Source of the DNA: Paragordius varius
Taxonomy: Eukaryota > Animalia > Nematomorpha
Reading direction: 5' to 3'
Length of the DNA: 64,000 bases
NCBI GenBank assembly: GCA_964247055.1
Contig: OZ176050.1
Span: 14,756,001 to 14,820,000 of the forward strand
The notes under the pieces were generated by a model. The model worked only from the letters and a program-made list of their open reading frames with translations, was not told the DNA's origin and made no database searches. Both the position numbers and the translations under genes were made by a program. Shown one piece after another: positions 38,810 through 51,206 of the stretch (positions within the stretch are counted from its first letter, which is position 1; every line of letters starts with the position of its first letter).

Positions 38810-39610
38810 TAACTCAAAAAACTTATATATTATTGAATTGGTCTTAAAATCTTATAAATATCCAAAATTATAATAAAGATATACGGTTTGTCAGTGATTA
38901 ACAGTTTATATGGATTTAAAATTTTTGTTAAATAATAGAAAATAGGTTTAGAACTATAAAATAGATGAATGATATACGATTTGATTGATAAAAATTAAAA
39001 AAAACAAAATAGTCAAAGGACCAACTTGAATTGTTCAAGAAATTTGAAGTGTTCAAGGACCAACTTGAAATGTTCAAGGAACAACTTGAAATGTTCAAGG
39101 TCAATCTTGAAATGCAAATGGTATAACAACCACTAATTTTTAACAAATTTGGTTTCACCTCATGACAGGCTCATCTTAATACGACGTTTATATTATCATA
39201 GGTAAGCGATATGTATGTATTTATGGCATTCTTAATTTTTGAATATGCCGTCTCTAACGTGTAAGTTGAGGGAATAACAGTTAGGAATACTTGAGTACAT
39301 TTTTTTATATTTTCATATTTATTTGACACATCTCGAAAAAACACAAATCTTTCTTCGCTACGAATCTCCTTGAATATAGCCTCATTGGAATCATATTTAA
39401 AATCTATAAATTTTTCCAAGATATGCGCCTGATCAAAACCGAAATGCTTAAGTTGCTTAAAATTCGATATATCCATATGCCCCACGGATTAGCAACGAGT
39501 CTTAAGCAATTTTTAATATTTCTTTATTGAAAAATTTCATCTGCGGTAATAATCTCTTTATGAATTGTTTTAAGTTGGAAAATATAGGAGTGGTTATATA
39601 AAATCTTGTT

Positions 39611-41156
39611 TCTATCATGTCGACTCTAGTCCTCATTCATCCATTAGCACATAAAGTTTCAGAACTTGATCCCCCAATTTTACCTGATGAAGTTCAATAC
39701 GCCTTAAAACAATTTTCATCCTCCAACTCCTTAGGTTACAATGATATCCCAATAAAAATTCTTCACACAATCCCCCTCTATTTCTTAACTGATCTTTTAC
39801 AAAAAGTTTTTCAAACCTGTATTTGGCCGGATGATTGGATTAAATCTTTTCTCCTACCCTTTTTTAAAAAGGGAAATCCCCATCTTTGTCAGAACTATAG
39901 AATGATCGCTATCACTAATAAACTATCTAAACTTCTTCTCAAGATTATACTGAAAAGAATCTCATCCTCGTTGGACTATGAAATATCTGAGGTGCAGGCT
40001 GGCTTTAAAGCAAAGAGAAACACTACCAATCATATAGTTAATCTTAATACAATAATTCGAAGATACAATGAATTTGGGAAAAGTCTATATTGCTGCTTTT
40101 TAGACTTCAGTATGGCATTTGATACAGTCAACCACGACTGCCTATGGAGAATATTACGATCCTCTGGAGTTTCCCCGCACATAATACTCCTGCTTCAATC
40201 GCTGCATTCTAGACAAACAGCTGCGATTAAAACTCAATTCGGTCCCACCGACTGGTTTCCTATTCTCAGAGGTGTGAGACAAGGATGTGTCCTTTCTCCC
40301 CTCCTATTTAACTTATACACAGAAACATTAATACGCAATTGTAACTTTCCACAACATATTGGGGCACGGATCGGTGGTCTAACTATTTGCAATCTCCGGT
40401 ACGCCGATGACACCATTCTCTTGTCAGAATTCTACACGGACATGACCTATCTTTTAAATAATCTCACCATCGAAGCAAGTTTGATGGGTCTTAAGCTGAA
40501 CCCAGCTAAATCTAAAATAATGATCCTAAACGCTCCACAACTACCATTTACAATCAATAACTCCCCCATCGAACTAACCGATCACTGTAAATACCTAGGC
40601 TACATAATTACATCCGACGGTAGCTCGGACCCCGACATACGAGCACGACTAGCATTGGGACGTGCTACTATGGGTAAACTGTCCAAAATTTGATAAGATT
40701 TATACCCAAACTTGCCATCCTGAAGGCGATGATATACCCCGTGGCAATTTATGGGTCCGAATCATGGATATGCGAATCCATTGACAAAGCCCGCATAAAC
40801 TCTTTTCAAATGTAGTGCTTTCGAAAAATATTGAGAATCTCCTGGAAAGCCCACATCTCCAATTCTTACATACTCAAATTCATTACGAATTTTTACTTTA
40901 CGATTTAATAACCTTTAAACAGCTAAAATATCTGGGTCATATCCTGCGATCCGACTCGCTAGAAAAAGGCATACTCTTTGGGTTGGTAGATGGCAACCGC
41001 AGAAGGGGCCGATCCAAAAAGCGGTGGATCGATGTGCTCAAATCAATAACAAATCTAACCTTTCATCAACTGTTGAGAGAAACACAGGATCGCCTAAAAT
41101 GGAAACACTAATCTATGAGAAAGCCAAGAGTCAGTATATGACTAGCTTATAACAAC
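39611..41156 (+). mobile_element. 5'-truncated RTE (BovB-like) LINE, copy 3
   Basis: ORF 39617-40693 with YADD, then stops and indels; same junctions as copies 1 and 2. Confidence 0.9.
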
Positions 41157-42194
41157 AATACTTCTTCAAAAGCAAATATTTGATTAGCAAATTAGGTTAT
41201 TATTTTGCGCCCTCGAAGACTTGTATTGAAAATACTAAGTTTATTAGTAATGTGGCTTAGGTAGGCTAATGACATCCATTCGTCACTTTTAACTTCCCAA
41301 TGGAATTCCGTGTCTTAAAACAAAAAATCTATTTAGTACTTTGCTAAGGCATAATCATCACGCAGCGGTGTACAAAACAATATAATAAAACTCACTGTGG
41401 ACATCTTTAAGGTTTTTGAAATTACAGCGGTAGAATTCTCAGCCACGGATGTGGTTAACAATGTCCACAAGCGTTTTAATTACTGAATTTTGTGATTATA
41501 TTTTACATGCGAAACCTTTCTGATGAATAAAGTAGTTAAAGGATAAAATATTTTGCAAATAGAAGAAATCCTTTGTTTATTCCAATCATAGAGGGACAGC
41601 CATCTATGCAGATCGAAACCACCATTTATTGGTCTTTCCCATTGCTCGTATACTCATTGTTTTGTGACATATTAAATGATTCGACAGATTTCCGTTTGAC
41701 GAAATAAGAAATGGAGGGCATGTTGGAAATTTTCAGACCCAAAATTTGAGATGATTACTGATTTATATAAATAATACGATATATTTAGGCAAACTCAAAT
41801 TCTATGTGTTTGTATAATGTCAGATAAACAAAATAGCGTCTGTATCAACTAATTGATTGCGCACTTTTCATTACTCGTTTTTTAGTTAAACTGATAATGA
41901 CTTATGACTAAACCTTGTTTACATAAAAGTGCATAGGTAAAATGTAATCATAATAACAATAAATCAGTTAAGGTTTTATTAAAATTTTAAAGATGCATCC
42001 GACCACCATTCATAGGTCGCAGTTATAATCTTTAATACCCATTTTGACTTAAGGTCCTTGTTCAAGTTGGTCCTGAACACCATATGTTTGTCCTTAGAAC
42101 ATTAAGTTAAAAACATTTTAATCTCATTTCATTAATAAAACCATGTGATATTCATCAATCCTAACACTTTAAACCTATTGCCTTTATAATATAA

Positions 42195-42314
42195 GATTGG
42201 ATTCTCGGTCAAGTCAAAGGAATGCATCCATTGACAAATTATTTCTTAATAGCACCGATATTCTCAAATCATTGGCTGATAAAGGAATTTCCCTAAATCA
42301 TACAACACCTAAGG
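42195..42314 (+). pseudogene. Exon A with acceptor AG>AA
   Basis: Matches 23586-23705. Confidence 0.7.
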
Positions 42315-42702
42315 GTTTAGTTTGTTTAATATAACAATTGCATGTTTGGATGTGTACCATTGAAATAAATAGATAATGTCAAAATTAAATATAATTTGCA
42401 ACATATTGTTAGAAAAGGCTAAAAAAGTGTATGATTTAATTTGTCTCCGTTAAAATGTTGCACTTGGATTAAAATGCTTTTGAATATAAAAAATGTGTCA
42501 TTTGTTTAAAGAGTTTTTATGAAATGGCATTATAGAAACTGTTTTAGATATAGGCTATGTGAATACACATTTAGGTTAAAGTCCTACTACTTTTTAGTAT
42601 TTGTATTATATGAAATTATATTATGCTATAAACATCAAATTATATTATTATCATTTATTAAAATTTTTTTGGTTTTATGTAAATTTTAACTATTTACATT
42701 AG

Positions 42703-42807
42703 AATTCGATTCTGCCTTAAACCAATCTATCGAATCTAACAATACCAAAAAATCCTCTGATATCAATAATAAGGCAGTAAATGGAATGGCTAATAAATCA
42801 TCTCAAG
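42703..42807 (+). CDS. Exon B (105 nt, intact)
   Basis: Matches 24094-24198. Confidence 0.7.
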
Positions 42808-43031
42808 GTAAAAAATAAATTTTAATTATACATATATGATGTTAATTACAGTTTTTAATGCTTTTTCCATTTGCTGTTATAAGAGTCATTAATCTTTCAG
42901 TAATATTTTTTCAAAAACTCCATTTTTAACTTATATTAATCCACGTCTTTTTACTATATAATCTTCTTGTTTTGTCTAATTCTGAATTTTGTAGAAAAGT
43001 CAATTTATTAGTGGAATGCTTTAGTTTAAAT

Positions 43032-43478
43032 CAGTGGTACTTAATAAAAAAAATTAGACGGGCCAAATAAAATATATTTTTTTTCGAGGGCCATTAAATT
43101 TTTAATGGCAAATATTTTGACATATATATATGCACATATTTATACTCTCTATCAGCACAATGAATTTTTTCGGATCCATGTATATTCAGCTAAAAACTAG
43201 CACCATTTAGTTTATAAATTAGGATATTTCGATAACAAAATTTATTTTGTTATTAACCAATAATTTTTGACAAATTTAGTTTCGCCTCATGAGAGGCTCA
43301 TCTTACTGCGTCGTCCATATGATAATCGGTTAAGCAATATCTATGTATTCATGGAATACTTCATTTTTGAATATGCCGTCTCACACGTGTAAGTTGAGGG
43401 AAAAACAGTTAGCATAACTTGAACACATTTTTTTATATCTTCATATTTATTTGACATATCTTGCCAAAACTCTACAAA
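43032..43478 (-). mobile_element. Truncated hAT remnant ending the array
   Basis: CAGTGGTACTTAA end; similarity stops at actctacaaat. Confidence 0.8.
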
Positions 43479-44966
43479 TTATATTTAATCGAATTTATAC
43501 ATACTTCTAATCAAATAATTAAATTAAAATTTTCTTAATACGAGGCGTAAATAATTAATCATAATTAAATTATGGAAACGATATGACATAATTACGTTGG
43601 GCGTAACAAGTTACAATATTTAATTATAATGTAGTTCCACTTCTCTGAAATTAAAAAACCATATAATTATTTATTTATTGCAATTAATAAAAAAATAATC
43701 AATAGCAAAATACTAATAGATGTGGTGAAAAATGGTATAATAGCTGACCCTAATTAGCCTACTTTAAATATAGTTTTCAATCAGTTTTTGTAATTACTGC
43801 TTTTCTTTATGATTTATTGGCAAATTATGCAAGCGGAATTAAAGTTCTTTCTTTATATTCTCAAAACTTTTTTTGAGCCACACATTAAAAAATATCTTAT
43901 GTCTTTTCACGAAATAATTACATGCTCTAATTTCTTTTATAATGAAAACAATATATAATTATATACCATATTACTAATATTTTTTACATTAGATAATCCT
44001 ACTTTTTAGTTTAAGATCAAAAGTCAAGAGCTTCTTGAATGTATAAAAACTATTAATTATTATTTAAATGAAATATGAAAAACACAAATCATTGGAATAC
44101 TTTTTTAAAGGGGATCCTAACTGTAACACAAGAATTTACAGTCACATATAATTATAAACAATCAATGGTTGTAATTAAACATCATTTAAAACTTTTTAAC
44201 CTTAACTTTTGTGCTTTTTGTAAACTGATTACATAAATTACATACCATACGTAACTGTAGTAAGACGTCAAAACTTCTAATAAGAAATATGATATATGTA
44301 TATCGTTTGTATAATCTTTTACACTTTATTGTTAATATTTATTCTCATTAAACATTCCACAAAGATTAAAGAATTTAATTTCAAACAAACGATTATGTGA
44401 TCTTGATCTATTTCTAATATGTAGAACAAAATATCGCATTTAAGTTGAAAACTAAAGCATTTGATGACATATTTAAATGTTTAAGCGTTTTATTATTTTT
44501 TTGTAAATGTTTGGTATCGATGGATGTATTGGCATATTATCTATTTTTGGTTAAATTTTTTTATAATAATATTTGGAAAATATCGATAGATTTTATATTT
44601 TTGACTTTGAAGGTCAAACTACAATTCAGAGGGGGGGAACGGATCAGGCGCCATAGATGATGGGGCGTGGGATTTTGATTTAATTGTTGTCAGAAAATAG
44701 ATATTTAAAAGTTATAATTATAAATATTACATAAAAAAACACCCATTTATGAGTAGTACGGTTTAAATTTTATTATAAAATTAATAAGTTGCATAGAGGG
44801 GGAGGGGGCGCCAGAAATGCAAGCTACGCTTCTGATATAATGATCGCGTTAACATCTATTTTAATTATTTGTGTAGAATTAGTATGCAGGTGAAATTCAT
44901 TTACTTAAAAAATATGATTTTTTTAGGAAATCTTGGTGATATTTAATCATAAATCTGATAGCTAAT

Positions 44967-45213
44967 CCGGGTGTGCCCAATACAAATGGCTTCGCGGGCC
45001 GCATTTAAATAATATATCAAGGGCATTTATAAATATTTTAGATTTTTGGCATTAAATAATTTGGAACATAATTTAAATACTATATAAACTTGCTTTTTTC
45101 CAAATAAATTATTCAAAAAATTTGTTTATAAAACTATGTTTTAAATACTTTTCCAAATTTATTGAAGGCAGCACAAACTATCTCTTATGCGGCCTGCAGG
45201 TTGGAAATTCCTG
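44967..45213. mobile_element. Charlie/Buster-like hAT MITE
   Basis: CCGGGTGTGCCCAA..GCGGGCCGC and GCGGCCTGCAGGTTGGAAATTCCTG ends; no clear TSD. Confidence 0.4.
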
Positions 45214-46782
45214 GTATAACAGATCTTGACCAAATAACATATCAAGATTAATTTTCTTTATTATAAAAATCAAACACATCTTAAAATAAAATTTTAACGA
45301 TATATTAATGGATTGGATCTGAAATTTCATTCTGTTCTGTATAAGAGAACAAATACTTTTTTAAAGGGCACAAGATTGAGATTTAAAATTTTATATTTTG
45401 AAATAAACTTAATTTTTAATAAAAAGTTATCATTCTGTTGGTAACAACAATAGAGGAAAGATGTAAAAAGGTATAAAAAAAGAAAAAAGCATCAAACGCT
45501 TTTTTGCATTTATTATTATCTTCTTTTTTTACATTTGTTTAATCATACATAAATTAATTTTACCACTAACATATATTTATTTATATATTGTATATTTATT
45601 AATCTTTTTAATTTGAACAAATCAATTTTAAAATACTATCCGTAACTCATATTAACCGCAAAAATCGATTTCGATTCCAAAAGCCCGTTTTGCCGATCTC
45701 AATTCCTGTCAAACCTCTAGAAGTAAGCCAATAGATATCATATGTAATATTTCATAAATAATTTATCATTTATGTAAAACTTAAAATAATAGTTAATTTT
45801 TAAAAAGTCTCTAGTAGATTATCTAAAAATTATGACATTTCTGTAATTAATTATTATATCGTTTGTCACCAAAAATATTTTGTAAGCATAAAAAACTGTC
45901 TCCACACATGTCCAAATAAAGAAATGCATTTTGCAATACCCTATTAATTCATTAATAATTATGAGACAACCTGTGGTTTAGACATCATCTTAGATTTAAA
46001 CCTTATTGCAATAGATAATGTATTATAACGTTTTATATTTATTTATTTAGATACATTTTATCTTGCTGTCAATATTGTGTCTTTATAACAAATATAATAT
46101 TGGAAAGAGCCACCTGCTATCAAGATTTACTACATATACATTAAAGATGATATTATCACAACTTTAAAATCTATCAAATGTTAAATAATTTATCAATATT
46201 CATGCTTCAAATGTTTCAATTTTCCGTAATTTAACCTATAAAATATGATTGCGACATTCTCTCAAATTTTGACATCTTTTATCATCCTACCCATATTAAC
46301 ATTGATACAATGTTTCAATTTGGATATCGCCAGTACCAATGAAAAATTCTACCCCTCTATAAAATATTGGACTTACAAAGGTTAGCTTTAGAAACCATTT
46401 TTTATTCTTTTATATAAACTTTTTGAGAACATTAATCATTTTTATTAATTTTTTATGATTTATGTGTTTAGGAGTTACTAATTAAAATTATTTTGGTATA
46501 TAGTTAGTTCATTTATCATTTTTGTTATTTAAGCGTACATTTCACGCATGAAATATCAAACATCTCCTTCAATTTAATTTAATTCTAATAGGAATATTAG
46601 CAAAGGTTGTTTCGTAATTTGAGAAAATTTAGGTAACATATCATTATTTTTTGGATATATTAAAAGGGATTCGTTTTGTAATCTTTGATATTATAATTTT
46701 AAATTTTTAAAATTTATATCATGTTTAGTATAATTTACGTTTTGTCATTCCATATGTGTAGAATTAAGGCTATTAAAATATA

Positions 46783-46940
46783 CAGTAGAGTATGGCATAA
46801 AACATTATCAGTTTATAAAAGAATATCTTAAAAAACAAGCTTAGCTGTGTATACACATATTCATATATCCTTTTTATTTTTTTAAAACACATTTTTTTCT
46901 TCTTTTATGGACTAATATTGTTTTATGCCATACGCTACTG
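46783..46940. mobile_element. 158-bp TA-flanked MITE
   Basis: TA|CAGTAGAGTATGGCATAAAAC ... GTTTTATGCCATACGCTACTG|TA. Confidence 0.8.
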
Positions 46941-47859
46941 TATGTATAATAATCAATCAAGTTGCTTCTCTACTTTTAAAGAAAGATTTTTGGTGCCTCA
47001 CATGGAGATAAGTTCAAAAATTAATTAAACTAAAATTTGGTTGTCGTTAGATTTTACTAATTTAGTATTCCATAACAAAACACTTGGTTGTTATTACTCT
47101 TAAAAATTTAAAAACTGAACACAAAAGCACTTAAAGTTCACATATGGTCATCAATGTGAAGGAGTATATTTATAAAAACATTTTCCACAATCAACAAAAG
47201 TGAAATTTCTCCCATTTAAATTTCGTATTTATCTGGCAAAGATGTTTAATTTTTTCTCAAGTAAATTTTTTTTTAGGGTATATAAATGTATATTCAAATT
47301 ATCATTAATATATATTTTTTACAATAGCAGGTGGAAATAACAATATAAAATTACATTTCTATTGTTTCTCACCCTTTCTTTACTGGCTTAATATTTATGG
47401 TTACCACTTTTTTTACTATAATAACACCTTTTTCATTTGTTTCACAGATATGAATATTATATTTATTTGTCTTTTATACGACAGAAAAATTACCCCTCTG
47501 AGCCTAAAGCACTTTACATACACTCTTTCTATTTTATCAATTAGATCAAAACTGCATTAATTATTTATTTATATAAATTTACATTTGCATAATTCTCCCC
47601 AACCAATTGCTATTAAGCCACACTGTGTCACTTTTTTTACATTGCACATAAAAGTGTCGCGTTAGCCTAATTATTTACCTGGCTGTGCTGCTGCGCAAGT
47701 TACACACATATAATTTATTCATGTCTTACATTTAAATTAGTCCATCCACCATACATATGCATATATCATGCAAATTTAACCAACAATATTATGAAATTAA
47801 CTTTATGTGATATATGCCATAAAAAAGGGATTACTGACTAATAGCAAGAATTAGATATT

Positions 47860-50508
47860 ATGGCAGAAGAGGATTCTTTGAAACCATTTCCCTCATGGGT
47901 TCGGATTAAAAATGTGGTTAAAGATGGAACGACAGAATTCTTGGGACTTTCACCTGCAAAAGATCCTTGCGCACAATTCAATGAAAGGCGTCTTCGATTA
48001 GTTTCTCGGCGATGTGGATCTCTTAAACCCGGAAATGGTGAATTCGGTACCAGATCAAATGCAACGCGCGGCATCGATACATTAGACTATGGGATTAAAT
48101 CGAACAGTAAAAAAGGTCCGCCCGAACAGATTGAATTGCGTAGCGCCATACTGTCAAAACAACCCACTACTGATATTACTAATATATCTAGTCTCCAAGA
48201 TACATCTAATCTAAATAATCTTTCCAGAGACTTGGTAAACAAAATGAGACGAGAATCTGTTCCTTCGATGGCATGGAATGGCCTGCGCAATTTGGTGTCA
48301 AGGAAGAAAAGATTATCTTCGCGCTGGGAAGACACCTTAGATGCCATGTATAAAGATGTATCGCTCAAATCTCCCCAAGATAAACAGCGATCCGTGTTAT
48401 TTCCAAGAGGCCATCATCCGTCTCACCTTAAAAGAAGTCAAAGTACTCAAATACTTTCAACTTTGGATGATTCGTTTTCATATATTCCTCGTATCGGTTC
48501 TTCTAATCGTTTGGATACCGTTGATGGGAAACAACCCAAACCCTACCTCAAAAACTATCATCCACCACCATTCTATTCTACACGAATTGGGGATCAATCT
48601 TACGCGAGCAAGGATGATGAAGTATTTATTAAATCATTTAATATACAACGACCCAAATTAATTCAACCTATTGCACACAGACGATTAAGCACCTTACCCC
48701 AAATCCAGCCGACGAAAGAGCCCACATTTGGCCAAAAACAAAAATCGCCATTTTCTGTTGTCCCTGTTTTAAAAGAATCAACACCACCAACAAAGAAAAC
48801 ATCCCAAAGAACGACACATCCATTTCAACCGACAACCGATGTGAATAAAAAATCAAATTTTGCAACTCGTCTGCGCCAAAGGTTTGAATCATACCTTCAC
48901 AGAAACAGGGAAGATCCCTCAAACAGACGATATCCCGCAGGTGGGATTCTCATGGATATCATAAATGATCCAGGGTACAGTAATACCTTGTGGAACAATC
49001 CTCAGTGGATCCAAGACATGATTTCTTTAGAAGATTTTAGACCCTTTTTTACTTATTGGATTACTACACTTCAAACCATCATTCTTATACTTGCGCTGTT
49101 TTTGCATGGATTTGGGCCGGTTGGTTTTGGTATGAGACACCGGGAAAAAATATTGTTGAAACCATCGCTGGCTTTAGAAAAAGCAGGATACCTGGAACCA
49201 GAAAATTTTTGGCTCGGTCCTAACCCATTCACTCTTATTCATTTAGGTGCAAAGTATTCACCATGTATGCGACGAGACCCTTTAATATTTTTCGAAATAG
49301 ATGAACGAATAGCGAGGGAAAGTCAAGGTGCTTGTTGTATTCGCAAAGATGGATCAGGTTGCATTCAAAGTGTTTGGCAGGATTGCCAAGACGATCGCTT
49401 TTTCGCTTGGTCACACGAACAGGGACCTGTTTGTGGACTAGATCCAAATTATTGTGCCAATCCTCTCTCGTCAAACCTTAAACCCTGGTCTCAAGACATT
49501 ACATTTTGGCCCATTTGTAAAACACCTACTTACAGCATTGCTAATACCTCCAATGCAGTAATACAACGGAATGGTGGTGAAAGATATTCACGTTACAGTG
49601 TGTTGCCTTCACATCTTACGTGTGAGGTGATTGGAAGACCTTGTTGCATTGGGATTCGTGGCGCATGTATTATAACAACCCAGGAATATTGTACTTTTGT
49701 TAAAGGATCCTTCCACGCTAAAGCTAATTTATGTAGTCAGGTGGATTGCTTGGCTGATGTGTGTGGCATGCTTCCTTTCACTACATTTTCTTTTCGTGCA
49801 TCCAAATCGTTGTCGATCAATACAGATCCACAAGTATCAAACTCTAATCAAAATTATGCAACGAAAAAAGCCATTAAAATCCCCGATCAAATATATCGGC
49901 TCTGGATCTCACTGTTCCTGCAAGCTGGGATCGTTCAACTTATAGTTACTGTTTCATTCCAAATTGTGGTCATGAGAGATTTAGAAAAATTGGCCGGTCC
50001 CGTCCGTACAGGTGTCCTTTATTTTGTGAGCGGGGTGGGAGGTAACTTGGCGAGCGCAATATTTTCCCCTGACAGAGCGGATGTTGGTCCTTCGGGTGCT
50101 CAACTTGGAATCCTGGCTTGTTTAGTGGTTGAACTCATTCAGACTTGGCAAATCCTTCAGAGTCCTTGGACAGCTTTGGGAAAACTTGCCAGTATTTATG
50201 CCATTCTTTTTCTGCTAGGCCTTCTGCCTTGGATCGATAATTATGCCCATGTGTTTGGTTTTGTGTTTGGTGGTCTTACCTCTTTCTGTATTATGCCTTA
50301 CCTGACATTTGGGCGTTGGGATCGACGTAGAAAACTCGTGACACTTGTCGTGTCAGCTATCACGCTTGTCATCCTGTATACAATCCTTCTCGTTTTATTT
50401 TACGTGTTCCCCAACACTTCATATCGCTGTGAATGGTGCAAATACCTGGATTGCATTCCACTCCAACACAGATTTTGCAATAATCACGAAATCTTGATAA
50501 ATCCTTAA
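47860..50508 (+). CDS. iRhom: Inactive rhomboid (iRhom / RHBDF-like), single exon, 882 aa
   Basis: Long cytosolic N-terminus (RRESV, RSQST motifs), RPFFTYW at TM1, Cys-rich iRhom homology domain, further TM helices, GPSG motif, PWIDNYAH, C-terminal C..C..LDCIP. Confidence 0.95.
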   Translation: MAEEDSLKPFPSWVRIKNVVKDGTTEFLGLSPAKDPCAQFNERRLRLVSRRCGSLKPGNGEFGTRSNATRGIDTLDYGIKSNSKKGPPEQIELRSAILSKQPTTDITNISSLQDTSNLNNLSRDLVNKMRRESVPSMAWNGLRNLVSRKKRLSSRWEDTLDAMYKDVSLKSPQDKQRSVLFPRGHHPSHLKRSQSTQILSTLDDSFSYIPRIGSSNRLDTVDGKQPKPYLKNYHPPPFYSTRIGDQSYASKDDEVFIKSFNIQRPKLIQPIAHRRLSTLPQIQPTKEPTFGQKQKSPFSVVPVLKESTPPTKKTSQRTTHPFQPTTDVNKKSNFATRLRQRFESYLHRNREDPSNRRYPAGGILMDIINDPGYSNTLWNNPQWIQDMISLEDFRPFFTYWITTLQTIILILALFLHGFGPVGFGMRHREKILLKPSLALEKAGYLEPENFWLGPNPFTLIHLGAKYSPCMRRDPLIFFEIDERIARESQGACCIRKDGSGCIQSVWQDCQDDRFFAWSHEQGPVCGLDPNYCANPLSSNLKPWSQDITFWPICKTPTYSIANTSNAVIQRNGGERYSRYSVLPSHLTCEVIGRPCCIGIRGACIITTQEYCTFVKGSFHAKANLCSQVDCLADVCGMLPFTTFSFRASKSLSINTDPQVSNSNQNYATKKAIKIPDQIYRLWISLFLQAGIVQLIVTVSFQIVVMRDLEKLAGPVRTGVLYFVSGVGGNLASAIFSPDRADVGPSGAQLGILACLVVELIQTWQILQSPWTALGKLASIYAILFLLGLLPWIDNYAHVFGFVFGGLTSFCIMPYLTFGRWDRRRKLVTLVVSAITLVILYTILLVLFYVFPNTSYRCEWCKYLDCIPLQHRFCNNHEILINP

Positions 50509-51206
50509 GAACTGCTCTCAATTCAAAACTAATCTTTACACATTATTCTCAGTTATATATATCATAGTATTTTATGTGATCGATTGTGATGTATTAATCC
50601 ATAATATACTTACAAAAATTTAAAAATAAATGACAAAAATGCCATATCTCTGATGTACTCTTTTTTTTCCTTTTGTCATTGATTCTTGTGTCGAAATAAA
50701 TAAAAAAAGTTTTTTTTAGTTATCACTGGTTAACATCTATTAAATCAACTCTTTTTCTTTCCATGTGAAAATGGCTTAAAGCGAAATATTGTTTCAATGT
50801 TATACAATGTTTTTTGTTTCACTTTTATGGGAATTTTTCGTTCTAATGTATTCCTATGTTTACTTAGTTTAGTCATCAAATAGTAAAAAATTGACTGTCA
50901 TATCTGAAAAATCATGCAGAAAGTTTATAAACTTTAAATATACCGGTACTGTAAATATTAAATTTCGTGAGACAAATTTGTCGTAATATACCAAAGAACA
51001 AATTTCTACTACAAGTTCATTTAAAAAAAATAAGAAATTATTTAAGTTGTAATGTGATAGTCTTTTCCGTTCTTTTGAGAAAATAATAGTGCAAGAATAT
51101 TTATTATATGAAATAATGTTTATATACTAAAATAAAGTGGAATGACCTCTAGCCAGTATTTTATTTTTTCACATATGCATATGTAATAATCTTATTATTT
51201 TTTTAG

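Larger units (their letters stand above)
35046..41922 (-). mobile_element. hAT/mariner remnant, type II, carrying the MITE, a full-length RTE and an RTE fragment
   Basis: CAGGCGTACTAACC end; ORF 39171-39485 hAT motif. Confidence 0.85.
6345..43480 (+). repeat. Tandem/inverted array of ~10 units (exon A + exon B + hAT/mariner remnant)
   Basis: Ten exon-A and thirteen exon-B copies with shared introns and TE remnants. Unit length ~2.5-8 kb depending on nested insertions. Array ends inside the hAT remnant at ~43478. Confidence 0.95.

Noticed and set aside
6345-42314. Positive selection on exon A (mostly amino-acid-changing differences)
   Set aside because: My rough count (~13 nonsynonymous, ~5 synonymous) is close to neutral expectation.
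47838-49945. Short overlapping ORFs within iRhom (and similar ones within the semaphorin exons)
   Set aside because: Alternative-frame or antisense shadows of real CDS.
50520-51206. Signal-peptide first exon of the semaphorin
   Set aside because: The candidate ATGs I checked (50630-50655) hit in-frame stops; no convincing exon was found.
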